A stretch of 64,000 bases of DNA from a virus. Its lineage: Duplodnaviria; Caudoviricetes. Shown here in pieces: positions 63,868-64,000 of the stretch. Where the stretch lies: positions 32,001-96,000 of the IMG/VR virus record IMGVR_UViG_3300021254_000027; one strand, written 5' to 3'. The notes below the pieces were generated by a model. It searched no databases. It saw only the letters and a program-made list of their open reading frames with translations, and had not been told where the DNA came from. Each line of letters opens with the position of its first letter. Positions within the stretch are counted from its first letter, which is position 1. The translations under genes and the position numbers were made by a program.

Positions 63868-64000
63868 ATGATTTATAAATGTACTACTGTTTATAATGGA
63901 GAAGTAAAGACTGTAAGGGGAAATTGGGCAGGGGTGGTAACTGCTATATATTCCCATATTAATGATGAAGAAAACGCGCGAAAAGTTTCTATTTTAATTG
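63868..64000 (+). CDS. Hypothetical protein (truncated at window edge)
   Basis: AAGGAG RBS, ATG 63868, open to the window end. Confidence 0.5.
   Translation, partial: MIYKCTTVYNGEVKTVRGNWAGVVTAIYSHINDEENARKVSILI

Noticed and set aside
1-64000. Suppressor tRNA, release factor or aminoacyl-tRNA synthetase
   Set aside because: Intergenic gaps are short and accounted for by hairpins or promoters; no cloverleaf or matching protein seen. These would have to lie outside the window.

Overview
The window is the virion morphogenesis region of a large, AT-rich tailed phage that probably infects a Firmicutes host (AGGAGG-type RBSs, sigma-A promoters). The head-to-tail gene order resembles Bacillus phage SPbeta. 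The fragmented minus-strand ORF track is an artefact of the wrong genetic code: the phage reads TAG as glutamine (translation table 15). With TAG read as Gln, the fragments join in frame into about 27 tightly packed genes ending in TAA/TGA. From right to left on the minus strand these are: a putative HTH/Zn-finger regulator, a Zn-finger/terminase-associated protein, large terminase, a Vsr/DUF559-like nuclease, portal, protease-scaffold, a capsid accessory protein, major capsid, neck genes, major tail tube, a chaperone, a ~4,755-aa tape measure, a ~2,840-aa tail spike/hub, baseplate proteins, fibres and a ~2,414-aa LamG/CotH-kinase/LRR protein. A divergent, TAG-free plus-strand cluster starts at 62856. 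Main observations: (1) internal repeats support TAG=Gln; (2) the major capsid gene ends in CCC-TAG with a startless +1-frame 50-aa extension, a candidate three-way stop/Gln-readthrough/frameshift switch tied to the code change; (3) TAG is excluded from high-copy virion genes but placed early in genes behind consensus host promoters; (4) a fixed-spacing intergenic motif occurs three times and may be a phage late promoter; (5) a CotH-like kinase domain sits in a giant tail-cluster protein. No tRNA, release factor, CRISPR array or mobile element was seen. Gene joins were checked by frame arithmetic and by reading junctions by eye; the longest genes were not checked codon by codon.
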